Source: a virus
Taxonomy: Duplodnaviria; Caudoviricetes
Strand: one strand, 5' to 3'
IMG/VR virus record: IMGVR_UViG_3300049023_000063
Coordinates: 1,175 to 65,174 of that record
DNA: 64,000 nt
The translations under genes were made by a program, and so were the position numbers. A model generated the notes under the pieces. That model searched no databases and was not told where the DNA came from. It worked only from the letters and a program-made list of their open reading frames with translations. Below, in pieces: positions 20,950 to 31,460 of the stretch; within the stretch, counting starts at the first letter, position 1; each line of letters starts with the position of its first letter.

Positions 20950-21177
20950 TTATTCGTCTTTGTTGGTGTCGCGGAGATAGCTCCAGTCAACCTTGTCGTT
21001 CAAGCGCTCACAGCGAACAGCGCCTTGAGTCAACTTCTCAATCTCCGGACACTTATCTGCTGGAACACAACCACGTGTGATCCATTCGTAGACAGATACC
21101 GGGCTGATGCCGAAGTACTCGGCAATCTTTGATACGCCGCCGGCGTCGTCTATTGCTTGTTTCAATTCAGTGGTCAT
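20950..21177 (-). CDS. cro: Cro/YdaS-family repressor
   Basis: AIDDAGGVSKIAEYFGISPVSVYEW...VPADKCPEIEKLT; divergent from cI. Confidence 0.9.
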   Translation of the reverse strand: MTTELKQAIDDAGGVSKIAEYFGISPVSVYEWITRGCVPADKCPEIEKLTQGAVRCERLNDKVDWSYLRDTNKDE

Positions 21178-21185
21178 GCGCTTAG

Positions 21186-21250
21186 CTTAGGTGATACCTA
21201 AGTTCAAGTCAAGGCCTTACCTAAGTATTTTTTGTTAGGCTATACCTTAT
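21186..21250. promoter_or_regulatory. OR region: three 17-bp operators overlapping PR and PRM
   Basis: CTTAGGTGATACCTAAG (21186-21202, perfect palindrome), TCAAGGCCTTACCTAAG (21209-21225), GTTAGGCTATACCTTAT (21234-21250). PR on the minus strand is TTGACT-17-TAAGCT, 6 nt before the cro ATG. Confidence 0.85.
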
Positions 21251-21719
21251 GGAATTTCCGCAAATAGTCCGACTTGCTCGGAGAAAAAACGACATGACCC
21301 AGGCTGACCTCGCTGGGTTGCTGGATATCGCCGACACCAATATATCGGCCTACGAAAATGGGCGGGATGGTCAGCAAAAATGGCCGACGCTTGAAAACCT
21401 CAGGAAGATGGCTGAGAAGTTCAAGATGACCACATCGCAGCTATTGGGGGAAACGGATATCCCAGCGCACCTTCTTTTCAAGAACGAAGTTGAGGCGCTG
21501 GCGGCGGGCCACAAGTGGGATGAACCGGTGAAGTCCAATCCAAGGCCATTCCAGCCAGATGACCAGGAACCGGGGCGATTCCTGATGCGACTCAACATGG
21601 AGGACTGCGAGCTACTTTCCCTTTTTAACCAGCTGGATCGAAACAGGCGCCAGCTCTTGCTGCGCAACGCCAGGGATAGCGTCCGGGAGCAAGGGCAAGC
21701 GCGGGAGCAATCGGAGTAG
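21249..21719 (+). CDS. cI: CI-type XRE repressor lacking an S24 peptidase domain
   Basis: HTH MTQADLAGLLDIADTNISAYENGR; only 156 aa, ending in a short helical domain with no LexA-type peptidase. Confidence 0.85.
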   Translation: MEFPQIVRLARRKNDMTQADLAGLLDIADTNISAYENGRDGQQKWPTLENLRKMAEKFKMTTSQLLGETDIPAHLLFKNEVEALAAGHKWDEPVKSNPRPFQPDDQEPGRFLMRLNMEDCELLSLFNQLDRNRRQLLLRNARDSVREQGQAREQSE

Positions 21720-21833
21720 CGGTTTCTTTGGCGGATATTCGCGCTCCAGCAATTTGGCATAGCGCAAAAGCTCCAATTTTGCCCAATCGCTCATGTTCGA
21801 GTGCGCAGCAATGATCCGGTTCAGATTGTCCAT
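21612..21833 (-). CDS. Small protein resembling the CI C-terminal helical domain, convergent with and overlapping the cI 3' end
   Basis: IIAAHSNMSDWAKLELLRYAKLLERE aligns without gaps to CI LLSLFNQLDRNRRQLLLRNARDSVRE. Confidence 0.55.
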   Translation of the reverse strand: MDNLNRIIAAHSNMSDWAKLELLRYAKLLEREYPPKKPLLRLLPRLPLLPDAIPGVAQQELAPVSIQLVKKGK

Positions 21834-22000
21834 GATGTAGGCCAAGTAGGATTTGTCTTACAAAAACTCTACGCCGAATTGCCGAGCTTAAACCAGGAAA
21901 TAGAGGGTATTTCCGCCTCTGCTTTGCATGTTAGAATTCGACAATTCTCACTTTTTCGTGACATGCATAACCATGCATTTTACAATCTAGAGGAAGTGCC

Positions 22001-22399
22001 ATGAAAAAGATCTACTTTGCTGCGCTCTCGATCCTGGTTGGATGCACAGCACCACCACCGACGCAACAGGAGCTGGCGGCAGCAAACTACGGGCCACCAC
22101 CAAAGAACTACAAGGCGACCGTAATGATGTTCATGGGTGGGATACTTAAGGACCCCGAGAGCGCCCGCTACGGCTTCTACATCGAGCCGGCCAAGGGATA
22201 TATGGGCGCCTCAAGAAAGTTTGGATGGGCCACGTGCGCGACGATCAACGCGAAAAACAGCTTCGGTGGCTACGTTGGAGCGAAGCTCTATTTCTTACTC
22301 ATCCGAAATGATGTGGTAGTGGACTACGATAACACCGATGGAAAGTCGTACCTGTACGACCGAGAGATCAACGAGCGGTGCGCCAGTCTGCAGCGCTAA
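22001..22399 (+). CDS. Immunity-region lipoprotein (possible superinfection exclusion)
   Basis: Lipobox LVGC; LKDPESA...INAKNSFGGYVG motif. The exclusion role is inferred from position. Confidence 0.7.
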   Translation: MKKIYFAALSILVGCTAPPPTQQELAAANYGPPPKNYKATVMMFMGGILKDPESARYGFYIEPAKGYMGASRKFGWATCATINAKNSFGGYVGAKLYFLLIRNDVVVDYDNTDGKSYLYDREINERCASLQR

Positions 22400-22848
22400 C
22401 CCTATTCTCCACGCAATGCGCGCTCGATCTTGTCTATCTGGGTTGAGCGGGCGACCACACTTGCTTTGGCCGGCTCTTGCGCCACGACCTGCTGGCTTTG
22501 CGGCGTGACCGCTTCCTTCATCACCTTCATTGCACCGAGTGCAGCACCACCGCCGACCACCATTAGCAGTGCCCACCGTGCTATAGATCCCCGTCTCACA
22601 ATTTCCCTCCGTTATTTCGCATTGGTATCTTCACTATAGACGCTGGAAGCCTCCTGCAGTCTATCGGATTATCACATTGCATCCTGCAATCATTGACTAT
22701 GTGTAACTCTTAGGTTAAACACATAGGTTCTCACTGTTTGTCACAAAATTTCCGCGAAGTACCAACCATTCTGTCTTATAACATGCCACTGGAATGGCTC
22801 TTAGTTTTTCCAGGGATATCCCAAAAACAACAGCTGCCTTAAATTAAT

Positions 22849-22890
22849 CTTAGGTCACACCTTGCTTTTTACTTAGGTTTAGCCTAAGCT
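22849..22890 (+). promoter_or_regulatory. OL operators and PL promoter
   Basis: CTTAGGTCACACCTTGC (22849-22865) and CTTAGGTTTAGCCTAAG (22872-22888); TTGCTT-17-TAAGCT, the same layout as PR. Confidence 0.85.
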
Positions 22891-23393
22891 GGAGTCATGG
22901 TTGTGGTTTGGAGTAAATCAATGACCCCCACCAGGAAACACGAAGTACCGAAGCGCGAAGTACCAGTCGCGATACCACTGAAGCCAGGTTATCAGGATGG
23001 AAGAAATGCCGAGATCGTGACCGACGCTAACAACGTCGCACAGGGCACATTCTTCGGAATCAAGCCAGGCATGACGGTGGATGAAGCAAGAGATTGCCCG
23101 TTGACCGCAGCGAAGTTCAGGAGCTTGGAATACATGCTCGCTGCGATCAACAACTATGAAGTGCTGGTGACTGCATTGCAGGCCATTGAGCTAACCACTC
23201 CAGGTCGCCGAGTCAGCCAGATCGTGAAGGAAGCCCTGCAGAAAGCAGGGGAACTGAAGGAATAAACATGAAGTCGCAAGCATCTCTGCTGATCATCATC
23301 CTGTTGGTTGTCTTGTACGTCGGCTTCACCGCGTATCAGTCGATGGGTGTATTGAAGCAAGTGGTACTTGCGTGACCGAGTTAGGAGCGAATC

Positions 23394-23798
23394 ATGGGCG
23401 CCAACGACCGCATCAACTGCTACCCACCGCGTGATACCGTGACCGAGGTGGAGCGCCGGGAGTTTCGCTTGCGCGACCTAGTGCAGAAAAAGTGGCTCAA
23501 GCGCCGCGACGAGATCGCAGCGGGCGCGCCGGCAGCGATCAGGGCCGCCAAAAACGACCTCATGACCTACTTCATGGACTCGCATGAACTGGAGTCCTTG
23601 ATTCAAACCGCAGTGACAAATCCTAGTGACACGACCGGGCGCGAATTTCTCCGCGTGCTGAAAACGATGATCACCGCCGATGCTATGGCAGAAGCAGAAC
23701 TGGAACTCGGGCCAAAGCCTTCGCGGCGCCCGCTTGGGACTTCTACTGTCGCCGGCCTGGATGCTATTGGCGATGCGCTGGCGAGTCTCAAAGAATGA
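23394..23798 (+). CDS. Early-left hypothetical protein (134 aa)
   Basis: GGAG ribosome-binding site; lies in the PL operon. Confidence 0.55.
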   Translation: MGANDRINCYPPRDTVTEVERREFRLRDLVQKKWLKRRDEIAAGAPAAIRAAKNDLMTYFMDSHELESLIQTAVTNPSDTTGREFLRVLKTMITADAMAEAELELGPKPSRRPLGTSTVAGLDAIGDALASLKE

Positions 23799-24119
23799 TT
23801 ATTTCGCTCCCAATGTGCCGTGAACAGCGGTTGATGCAGTTGTACCGCATGGTGTATGAGGAGCAAGCGATTTACCCGGTGGGCTGGCTGGTAGGCCTTC
23901 TGGTTGCAATTAAGGGCAGTTCTTCACGGGCGCGATGGAGGCGCAACCAGCGGGCTGGGACGCCACGGCCTTACCTCCAGGTGGTAGACGCAGGCCCGAC
24001 CTAAGCTCGGTGGTCTGAAAGCCCTGATCGCAGGGTGCGCAAAAAGCGAAACGGCAAGAAGGCGCTATGAACTCGGTAGCCGTGGGAGCCAACCCACAAC
24101 CACAACTACGGAGGCAATC

Positions 24120-24260
24120 ATGGCAACCGCAACTCACCCGACAAAAGAGCAGGTCCGTGCATGGCAGCAGGAGCGCATCGAAGCGAAAGCGCCGCCACCA
24201 TCGCCTGAGGAGATCCGCCGCCAGCTTGGCTGGGGCTTGATGCAATCCTCGGGACGCTGA
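24120..24260 (+). CDS. 46-aa microprotein, paralog of 3956..4111
   Basis: Manual translation MATATHPTKEQVRAWQQERIEAKAPPPSPEEIRRQLGWGLMQSSGR; GGAGG ribosome-binding site. Confidence 0.75.
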   Translation: MATATHPTKEQVRAWQQERIEAKAPPPSPEEIRRQLGWGLMQSSGR

Positions 24261-25333
24261 TCATGGCGCGCTTCCCTAAAGAGATCATCCCTACCCTGGT
24301 CGTCATCTTCGTTCTGTATGCGTTTGCAGGGACAGCGGATTACCGGTCGCAGCAGGAGATGGTGAGGGTTTCGAAATGAACTTCCTGCACAACGTTCTCA
24401 TTGGCATTCGCGCCGGCCTGCCGCTTCTGTACTCGATACGCTTGGCGATGCTGGTGCGCGGGGCGGAAGATGCGCTTCGGAGGTGTGGCAAATGACTGCC
24501 TTTTGGGTCAGGTTCGGGAACCACAGCGCCGGGTGTGTCGAGGGTGTCAACGAGGATGATGCGCGCAATGCCGCAGAGGCTTTAGGCCTCGGTGGTGTCG
24601 TCAAGATCGCACGATTGCCCTACCCCGCCAGGCCGCGCCTCAATCACATGCGCGATGCCCACGGCCACATTGCCCACTCGTTCTGCACCGATCCATCGCG
24701 CTGCGCTGGCCACCATTTCTGCCCAAAGCAACCCTGTTGCACCGAGTAGATATGAGCATCAAGCGCGAATCCGAAGCTGAACGCCTTGAACGCCTGGACC
24801 GTGAGGCGGGAAGGGTCTACAGGACGCATCGGGCTATGCGCAGGTACAAGACATACCGCCAACAGGATGCGAAGGACGAAGCGGCACGCGAGTGTGAAGT
24901 GGCGAAAGACAAAGTTTCAAAGGAAACATCATGAACCAGGTCGCATCGGCGATCCAACAGGACCGCGAATCTAAGGTGTGGGAATTGATGGACGAGCGCA
25001 CAACGATCTCCGACGAGGAGCTTGTCGAGCTGGTGTTTGAGCACTTCGACATTACTGCATCAGAAGCTATCGGACGCCTTGAACGCTTCAACGCGGCGAA
25101 AGCTAGGCAATCCATGAGGTTCGAATGACAGCCATCGCCGGAACGCTACTCATGACCACCTCTGACCTTGATGGTAACTATTCCATCTTGGTCAGTACCT
25201 CAGAAGGGCCAAGGCAAATCAGTAACTTGAGCGTCGAAATGATTTTAGTACTGCACGAGAACCTACCGAAAGACAACTACGTTGACTTCACCTTTGTTTC
25301 TAAGGATGAAGGCGGCGATCCATTTGAGGAACA

Positions 25334-26227
25334 GTGATGTTCAAAGCCGTCCAACTCTACCGCCTACCAGCCTTCTCTATGAAGTCCACCGACTTCGAGA
25401 AGGCCCTGTCGCAGCATAACTTCTACCCACCCACCGCAAGTGCGCTGATGTCCCAGGGCTTCACCGGCCCGCGCGATGTCGGCTACCTCCATGTCGTAGG
25501 CGATCAGTGGCTAATCCAGTTGACGACCGAGAAGAAGATTCTTCCATCCTCTGTTGTGAACCAGGTGGTCAAGGTGCGCGCTGCCGAAATGGAAGAACAG
25601 CAGGGCTTTGCACCCGGCAAAAAGGCCGTGAAGGAACTCAAGGAGCGAATCTTTGACGAATTGCTTCCGAAAGCCTTTTCGACGCGCACACATACGCGCT
25701 GCTGGATCGACCGCAAGGGTGGTTGGCTGGTGGTGGAAGGCACCGCCAGTAAGGCAGACGATATGATCCGGTTCCTGTTGAAGGCCATTGACCGCTTCCC
25801 TGTCGAATCGCTGCGTGTGGTCCATCCTCCGGTTAGGATGATGACCTCTTGGCTGGAGCACGATGAAACGCCAGCCGGCTTTACCATCGACCAGGACGCC
25901 ACCATGCGCGCGACCGGGGAATCCAAGGCCCAGGTCACCTACAAGCGCCACACGCTGGAACCGGACGCCATGCGCCAGCACATCGCAGCCGGTAAGCAAT
26001 GCACGAAACTGGCGATGACTTGGGACAGCAAAATCAGCTTCGTGCTGACTGAAGACCTGTCGATCAAGTCGATCAAACTGCTCGATGTGATGACCGAAAA
26101 CGCGCCGGCCAATGACGTAGAACGGTTCGATGGTGAGTTCGCGTTGTTCGCCGGGGAGTTCGGCAAGCTGTTGGGCGACTTGACGAATGCGCTGGGCGGA
26201 ATGGCTAAAGAGCAGGAGGCAGCGTGA
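25334..26227 (+). CDS. rdgC: Recombination-associated protein RdgC
   Basis: FKAVQLYRL...EKKILPSSVV...LLPKAFS...GKQCTKLAMTW...FVLTEDLSIK...FDGEFAL. Confidence 0.95.
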   Translation: MMFKAVQLYRLPAFSMKSTDFEKALSQHNFYPPTASALMSQGFTGPRDVGYLHVVGDQWLIQLTTEKKILPSSVVNQVVKVRAAEMEEQQGFAPGKKAVKELKERIFDELLPKAFSTRTHTRCWIDRKGGWLVVEGTASKADDMIRFLLKAIDRFPVESLRVVHPPVRMMTSWLEHDETPAGFTIDQDATMRATGESKAQVTYKRHTLEPDAMRQHIAAGKQCTKLAMTWDSKISFVLTEDLSIKSIKLLDVMTENAPANDVERFDGEFALFAGEFGKLLGDLTNALGGMAKEQEAA

Positions 26228-27029
26228 AAGTTGAAGGTCACGAGGTTAGCCAAGATGCCATCGACGCATGCATTGCTCGCATGAAGAATGGTGGGTATTT
26301 CCGCGCCTTCGAAATCGAAGGGATTGTTGAGCGCGCAGGCCTTCCGAAAAGCATATCAGCGATGCGCGTTGCTGATCGTATCATCCAGCGCGAACGAAAG
26401 GCGGGGAATATCACGACCTGCACGATCCGGCCCTACTGGAAATGGGTAGGTCCGAAATGATCTCCCGGCCCACCAACATCTACCCCTGCAACGGGCGCGA
26501 ACGCACCACCAAGCCCTACATCGTGCAGAACGGCTATCACGAGTTCGAGCAGAACGGTGTCTTGGTTCGCGGCGCACCTCGCTACGAGTGGATTACCACT
26601 GAATTCAAGCTGGATCACAAGTGCGTTGACCGCGAACGTGATCCGAAGTGCCAAGGATGCGGGCACCGTCAATGCGTCCAATCATCCGGAGGCTGACGTG
26701 GCCTACATCTTCCCTACTTTCTCCAGCGTCATTGGAGCGCGTAAGCCGGTGCAGGAATCTGTAAAAGGCTATGACAAGTGGAGCGATTCTCTTGCGATCT
26801 TGGCCATTAGTCTTGCTGGCCATGGCGCCCCAATTGATGGTGACCTGGTGACGATCTATGACGACGATCAAACCACCAGCAAGTACTTCCTGAACGGCGA
26901 TTGGGTTAGCGACAGCGACTATATCCAAGCACTGCAGAAAGCCGGCGAAGCATTGATAATCGACTCACGGCCTGGTATTGCCGATGAAATCAAGCCGGAA
27001 CTCAAAATCAAAAGACTGAGGGACTGGTG

Positions 27030-27266
27030 ATGCTTGACGATAAAACCTACACACCCAATCGGTTCCTGAACTTCCTGCATGAACAATTGGGAACGAAGAA
27101 CCACCTGCAACTGGCAAAGAGGCTCAATGTAAGCCACTCCCTGATCTACCGGATCAGCTACAAGGAGTCGCCTATCGGGCCAGGTGTATTCATGGCAGCT
27201 CTGGACTTGCTGCCTGAAGTCTCCATCGCACAGTTGCGCAAGCTGGCTGGAATGCCGAAGGACTAA
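27030..27266 (+). CDS. Small XRE-like HTH protein
   Basis: LAKRLNVSHSLIYRI pattern. Confidence 0.55.
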   Translation: MLDDKTYTPNRFLNFLHEQLGTKNHLQLAKRLNVSHSLIYRISYKESPIGPGVFMAALDLLPEVSIAQLRKLAGMPKD

Positions 27267-27708
27267 TCATGAGCGCGCGCCAAGAACTGTTGGATTGGGT
27301 CGATCAATCGTTCGGGGATTTCACGGTCGGCAAGCCACATGCAGTTGTAGAGCAGATCAAGGAAATCATGTGGCAGATCCACTTGCGCCAGGTCGAGCGA
27401 GTTGAAGAACTGCTTTCCGTATGCATTGCTGACGCAAATATTCAGTTCCGGCTTAATCAAGATCTTATGAAGGCCGGTTTCGAGATCAATGAGTTGAGTC
27501 GCGAACTGGCAGAGGTGCGGAAGGATGCGCAGAGGTACAACTGGCTGCGCAACCAAGACCCATGCCAGCAGATCGGCTCATTTACTCCATACGCCATTCA
27601 GGGTCAGACTGGTAAATACCTGGATGGACGGGGGCTCGACGCCGCTATCGACGCCGCCATGTCCACCCCCAATAAAGGTGAATCGACCCTCGCAGCCAAG
27701 GAGCAAGC

Positions 27709-28551
27709 ATGAACACGATAAATACTTGGCAGGAGCGAATGGACGCCGACCCGAAGTTGCTGGAACTTGGTGCATTGCATCAAGAGGTTACTGAACTCCG
27801 CGCTGCCCTAGCCGCCCGCGCTACTCCAGCACAGCCGACCGAAAAGCCGCTTGCTTGGCTTGCCACCGACCTTGACGGACACGGCGACGTGGCCTTCACC
27901 CAGGAAGAAGCAAAGCGCCGCGCCGGGGAGTCCTGCACGTACTTTTACCCGCTTTACGACACCGACAAGCCGCAGCCATCCCCATCTAGCGTGGGTGCGG
28001 CTATCCCGGAACAGCCAGTGCAGCATAAAGTTATTGAATCGCTTTTGCGTGAGGCACGTACCACACTGGAAATGTGGAAAGATGTAGCGCCAGCAGTCAG
28101 TCTATGTGCTGATATTGATAAGGCATTGGCCGGAGTAAGTTCCTCCAACCTACAGCCATCACAAGTATCGGAGGGTATCCGGAAGCTGCCGCTGAAAGCC
28201 GCTGACGTGTATCTGTTCGTTGACTGCGACACCGGGCAGTATTGCGAGGCGCGCGGCGAAAACGGCGACGAGCTCTGGAACGAGGAATCAATCCGCGCCC
28301 TTCTCTCCGAAGCAGCGGCACTAGCAGAGCAGGTGCAGGGGCAGCAGAAATCTGAAGAATTCATGCGAGGCGTAATTGCATCCCTCGGTGCGCTGGCACC
28401 GCACTGCAAGTACGGCGACGTCATCCATGACGAAATAGTTCGTTCGGTCGGAAAGGACGCGCTGTACTGTGCGGCCGAACCAGAAGATATTAAATGGGCT
28501 GGCCTCGACCCTTTGTATTACGCCGAAATCAAACAAAAGGAAGGAAAATAA
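27709..28551 (+). CDS. Mosaic early protein (Ea22/EaA-like)
   Basis: Low-complexity linkers; shares a module with 29539..31254. Confidence 0.55.
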   Translation: MNTINTWQERMDADPKLLELGALHQEVTELRAALAARATPAQPTEKPLAWLATDLDGHGDVAFTQEEAKRRAGESCTYFYPLYDTDKPQPSPSSVGAAIPEQPVQHKVIESLLREARTTLEMWKDVAPAVSLCADIDKALAGVSSSNLQPSQVSEGIRKLPLKAADVYLFVDCDTGQYCEARGENGDELWNEESIRALLSEAAALAEQVQGQQKSEEFMRGVIASLGALAPHCKYGDVIHDEIVRSVGKDALYCAAEPEDIKWAGLDPLYYAEIKQKEGK

Positions 28552-29030
28552 TGGACTTCTCGCACCCTCTTTGGATCGTTTATTACTGGATCACATTTGG
28601 CGTCTCGCTGATCTGCTTGCTGAGACTGCCTAGTAAGCTGGATGGTATGGACAACTTCGGCGGATCTACTCTGTGCGCCATGTTTGGCTTTGTATTCTGG
28701 CCGCTGTTTATAGCAGCAGAACTCAAGCGTCACGTCGCTCCTGGCGCTCAGGATGGGCAGAAGTCGGAGGGCGTATGACGTGCATTCGATTCAATGGCGG
28801 CATTATTTGTGTCAGCCCGTATGGTCGCCTGCATCTCGGCAACCGTTACATCATGGTTGAATTCCATGAATATCTTGGGCCGACATTTTTCACCGACCGG
28901 GACATGACGAAGCTCTACGAGCCGAAGGATGAGAGCGCCCCCATCTGGCCGGTTTTCAACAGATGGCTGACGAAATTCATGGCAGCAAAAGCAAAGCGGC
29001 GCGCCGCCCAGCAATCCAAAGGAGACGGTC

Positions 29031-29324
29031 ATGGCTGAACGTTACGAAGACCGTCCGGCGCGATCCGTGGTATGCGCGGCCAACAAGTATGGCGATCTGG
29101 TGTTCGTCGGCGTCCGTCACTTCTGCCCGGTGACGCAGTTCAACATGCGGGCCTACGACATTCCGGCCTTGCGCAAAGAACACGGCGAGGTGCAAGGCTT
29201 CATCGACCAGTTCGGCGTGTTCATGGATCGCAAGGAGGCGGCAATCGTCGCCAAGGAATCAGGCCAGCTTGCGCGCTATGGCGACAACATTCCTGAAATT
29301 CTGTTCAGCGAAGACCTGTATTAA
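29031..29324 (+). CDS. Conserved phage hypothetical protein (97 aa)
   Basis: CAAN...GVRH...QGFIDQFGVFMDRKEA...LFSEDLY motif. Confidence 0.65.
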   Translation: MAERYEDRPARSVVCAANKYGDLVFVGVRHFCPVTQFNMRAYDIPALRKEHGEVQGFIDQFGVFMDRKEAAIVAKESGQLARYGDNIPEILFSEDLY

Positions 29325-29538
29325 CGAATAACCACCACCCCGCAATAGCTGCGGGGACAAGGAGAAGAAAATTGAATGCCTATATTCTGATTATTTACAT
29401 GTTTGCATCGAACCGTGCGACAACGATTGTCGCGGAGTTCAACGACAAGCCATCGTGCGAAGCTGCCGCTCAGGAATTCATGCGGCAAAAGCAATCCCGC
29501 CCCGATGTCATCATGTGCGCACGTAAAGGGGCGACAAA

Positions 29539-31254
29539 TTGAACCAACAAGACATTCAAAAGCTGCGCAAAGCACTGGAAACTGGGCGCGATGCAGCACA
29601 GGAAGTGGCCGAGCGCTGCCATCAAGAATTTGCTGGGTACAAAGAGCATCGCCACAAAGCTGTTGACGCTGACGTAGCTGAAATTGAAACCGCTTTGGAG
29701 ATGATCGCCCTTGCCGAGCGCGCTGTATCTCCAGCAGAGAGCGTGCAGAGCATCGATACGCCGGAGTTTCGTAGTCTGCTCGGACGCTGGCATGCAGCAG
29801 GGCCAGGAACGCACACGGTGACTGCGTTCTTGAACTTCGTCGCCCACATCGACGCATCCCGCGCAGCCGCTTACGAGCGCGGCTATGACGATGGCCACAT
29901 CGCAGGGCGTGATAAAGGCAAGCGCTCAAGCACAGAGGAAGCTCACGCCGAAGGCCGACGCAGCGCCATGGAAGAACTGCACCCGCAATGGCTGAAAGAG
30001 AAGGAGCGGGCGGATAGGGCGGAACAGGCACTTGCTGATAAGACTGAAGCGTATAAGGCGATGACCAACTGCGCCCAAGAGTATCAGCAGCTTGCACAGA
30101 AAGCACGGGAAGAAGCGGACGAACTCGCCGCCAAGCAAGTGCCTGACTTGACCGACAAGCAAATCATGGCCCTCTGGGCGCAATGCAGTATGCCAAGTGA
30201 AGAAAACGACTTCATCACCGGCCCATTGCCATTCGCTCGCGCCCTTCTAGCACAGCCCTTGCAGCAGGAGGGCGGGAAGGTTCTGTCACGGGCCATCGAC
30301 TGTTTGGAAATTCTCAATAAGCGCCCGCGTCCAATGTGCCGCGATTGCGCTGATGAAGATGGCGTATGCCCGCACGACAAGTTGGATTGCGACATGCGGA
30401 AGTTGATTTCAGATGCACGCGCTGCACTTTCGCAGCCAGCCGACAACCTGCAACAGGCCAGCACCGCACAGGCAGAGCCAACGAAAGAGTGCGGGAACTG
30501 TTTTGAAGGCAAGTCCGACATGGACCATGCATGCCGCGCTTGCAGCGGAACTGGCGTTGCTACTACGCCAGCCAAGGAAGCGTCCACCGCCACCGATGTA
30601 TGGCAACGAGGACAGCGCATCGAATTGCGCGTTAACGGTAAATGGGTTTCTGCGCGCTTCATCGCCACAGATTTGGTGGGCGGCGAACCAATCGTCCAGC
30701 GTGATGGTGCAATGCCGGTATTCGCTACATGGAACGAAGTGCGAAGCATCGACCACCCTACCACAGCGCAAGCCACGCCAGAGGGCGCAGACCTGCCGCC
30801 GCTGCCGGACGCATATTACAAAGCGCTTGATGGCGATGTGTTCACGCCGCAGCAGATGCGCGATTACGCCCGCGCCGCCCTTGCGGCCAGCCAGCAGGCG
30901 GCAGAGCCGGTGGCGATGGCTGATGTACTGGCCGCGATCCGCACTGTTGACAAAGAGGCTGAGCGCCGTGGCGGAATGTTCCCTCAGGACGCTGACGAGC
31001 ATCGCGCAGATCGGCGTGCGGTGCAGCGCGTACTCGGGATGCTGAAATGGTACGGCGACCGGCAGCAGTGCGAGAAGTGGAAGGAATGGCCTCGCCGCGC
31101 AGCACCGCCACAGCAGGTAGACACCAAGATCATTGCGCTGCTTCGCGAAGCCAGATCCACGCTGGAAATGTGGAAGGATGTAGCGCCTGCCATCAGCCTG
31201 TGCCGCGACATCGACGCCGCCCTGGCACAGAAAGGCGGTGCATCCAATGGATAA
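29539..31254 (+). CDS. Large mosaic early protein with Cys motifs (571 aa)
   Basis: Coiled-coil segments, CRDC..C and CGNC..CRAC motifs; coupled to neighbours. Confidence 0.6.
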   Translation: MNQQDIQKLRKALETGRDAAQEVAERCHQEFAGYKEHRHKAVDADVAEIETALEMIALAERAVSPAESVQSIDTPEFRSLLGRWHAAGPGTHTVTAFLNFVAHIDASRAAAYERGYDDGHIAGRDKGKRSSTEEAHAEGRRSAMEELHPQWLKEKERADRAEQALADKTEAYKAMTNCAQEYQQLAQKAREEADELAAKQVPDLTDKQIMALWAQCSMPSEENDFITGPLPFARALLAQPLQQEGGKVLSRAIDCLEILNKRPRPMCRDCADEDGVCPHDKLDCDMRKLISDARAALSQPADNLQQASTAQAEPTKECGNCFEGKSDMDHACRACSGTGVATTPAKEASTATDVWQRGQRIELRVNGKWVSARFIATDLVGGEPIVQRDGAMPVFATWNEVRSIDHPTTAQATPEGADLPPLPDAYYKALDGDVFTPQQMRDYARAALAASQQAAEPVAMADVLAAIRTVDKEAERRGGMFPQDADEHRADRRAVQRVLGMLKWYGDRQQCEKWKEWPRRAAPPQQVDTKIIALLREARSTLEMWKDVAPAISLCRDIDAALAQKGGASNG

Positions 31255-31460
31255 GGTCCAACGCGCCTTCGAGGAATACGTCGAACTCTTGGGGCTGAAC
31301 TTGACGAAGCGCCGGGACGGCAAGTACCTGATGAAGAACGTCCGCTCAGCGTTTGCGCAGTTTAGGGAGGTGTATGAGATTGGGCATCGGGCCGCGCGCC
31401 AGGAAGCAGCACTCCAGGCGCTGACCGAGCAGGCCCAGGAACTGGATATGGGGTACTGAC

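Noticed and set aside
24314-24329. CTG-N10-CAG resembling a LexA box
   Set aside because: It lies inside a small coding region, lacks the TA flanks and AT-rich spacer, and is likely chance.
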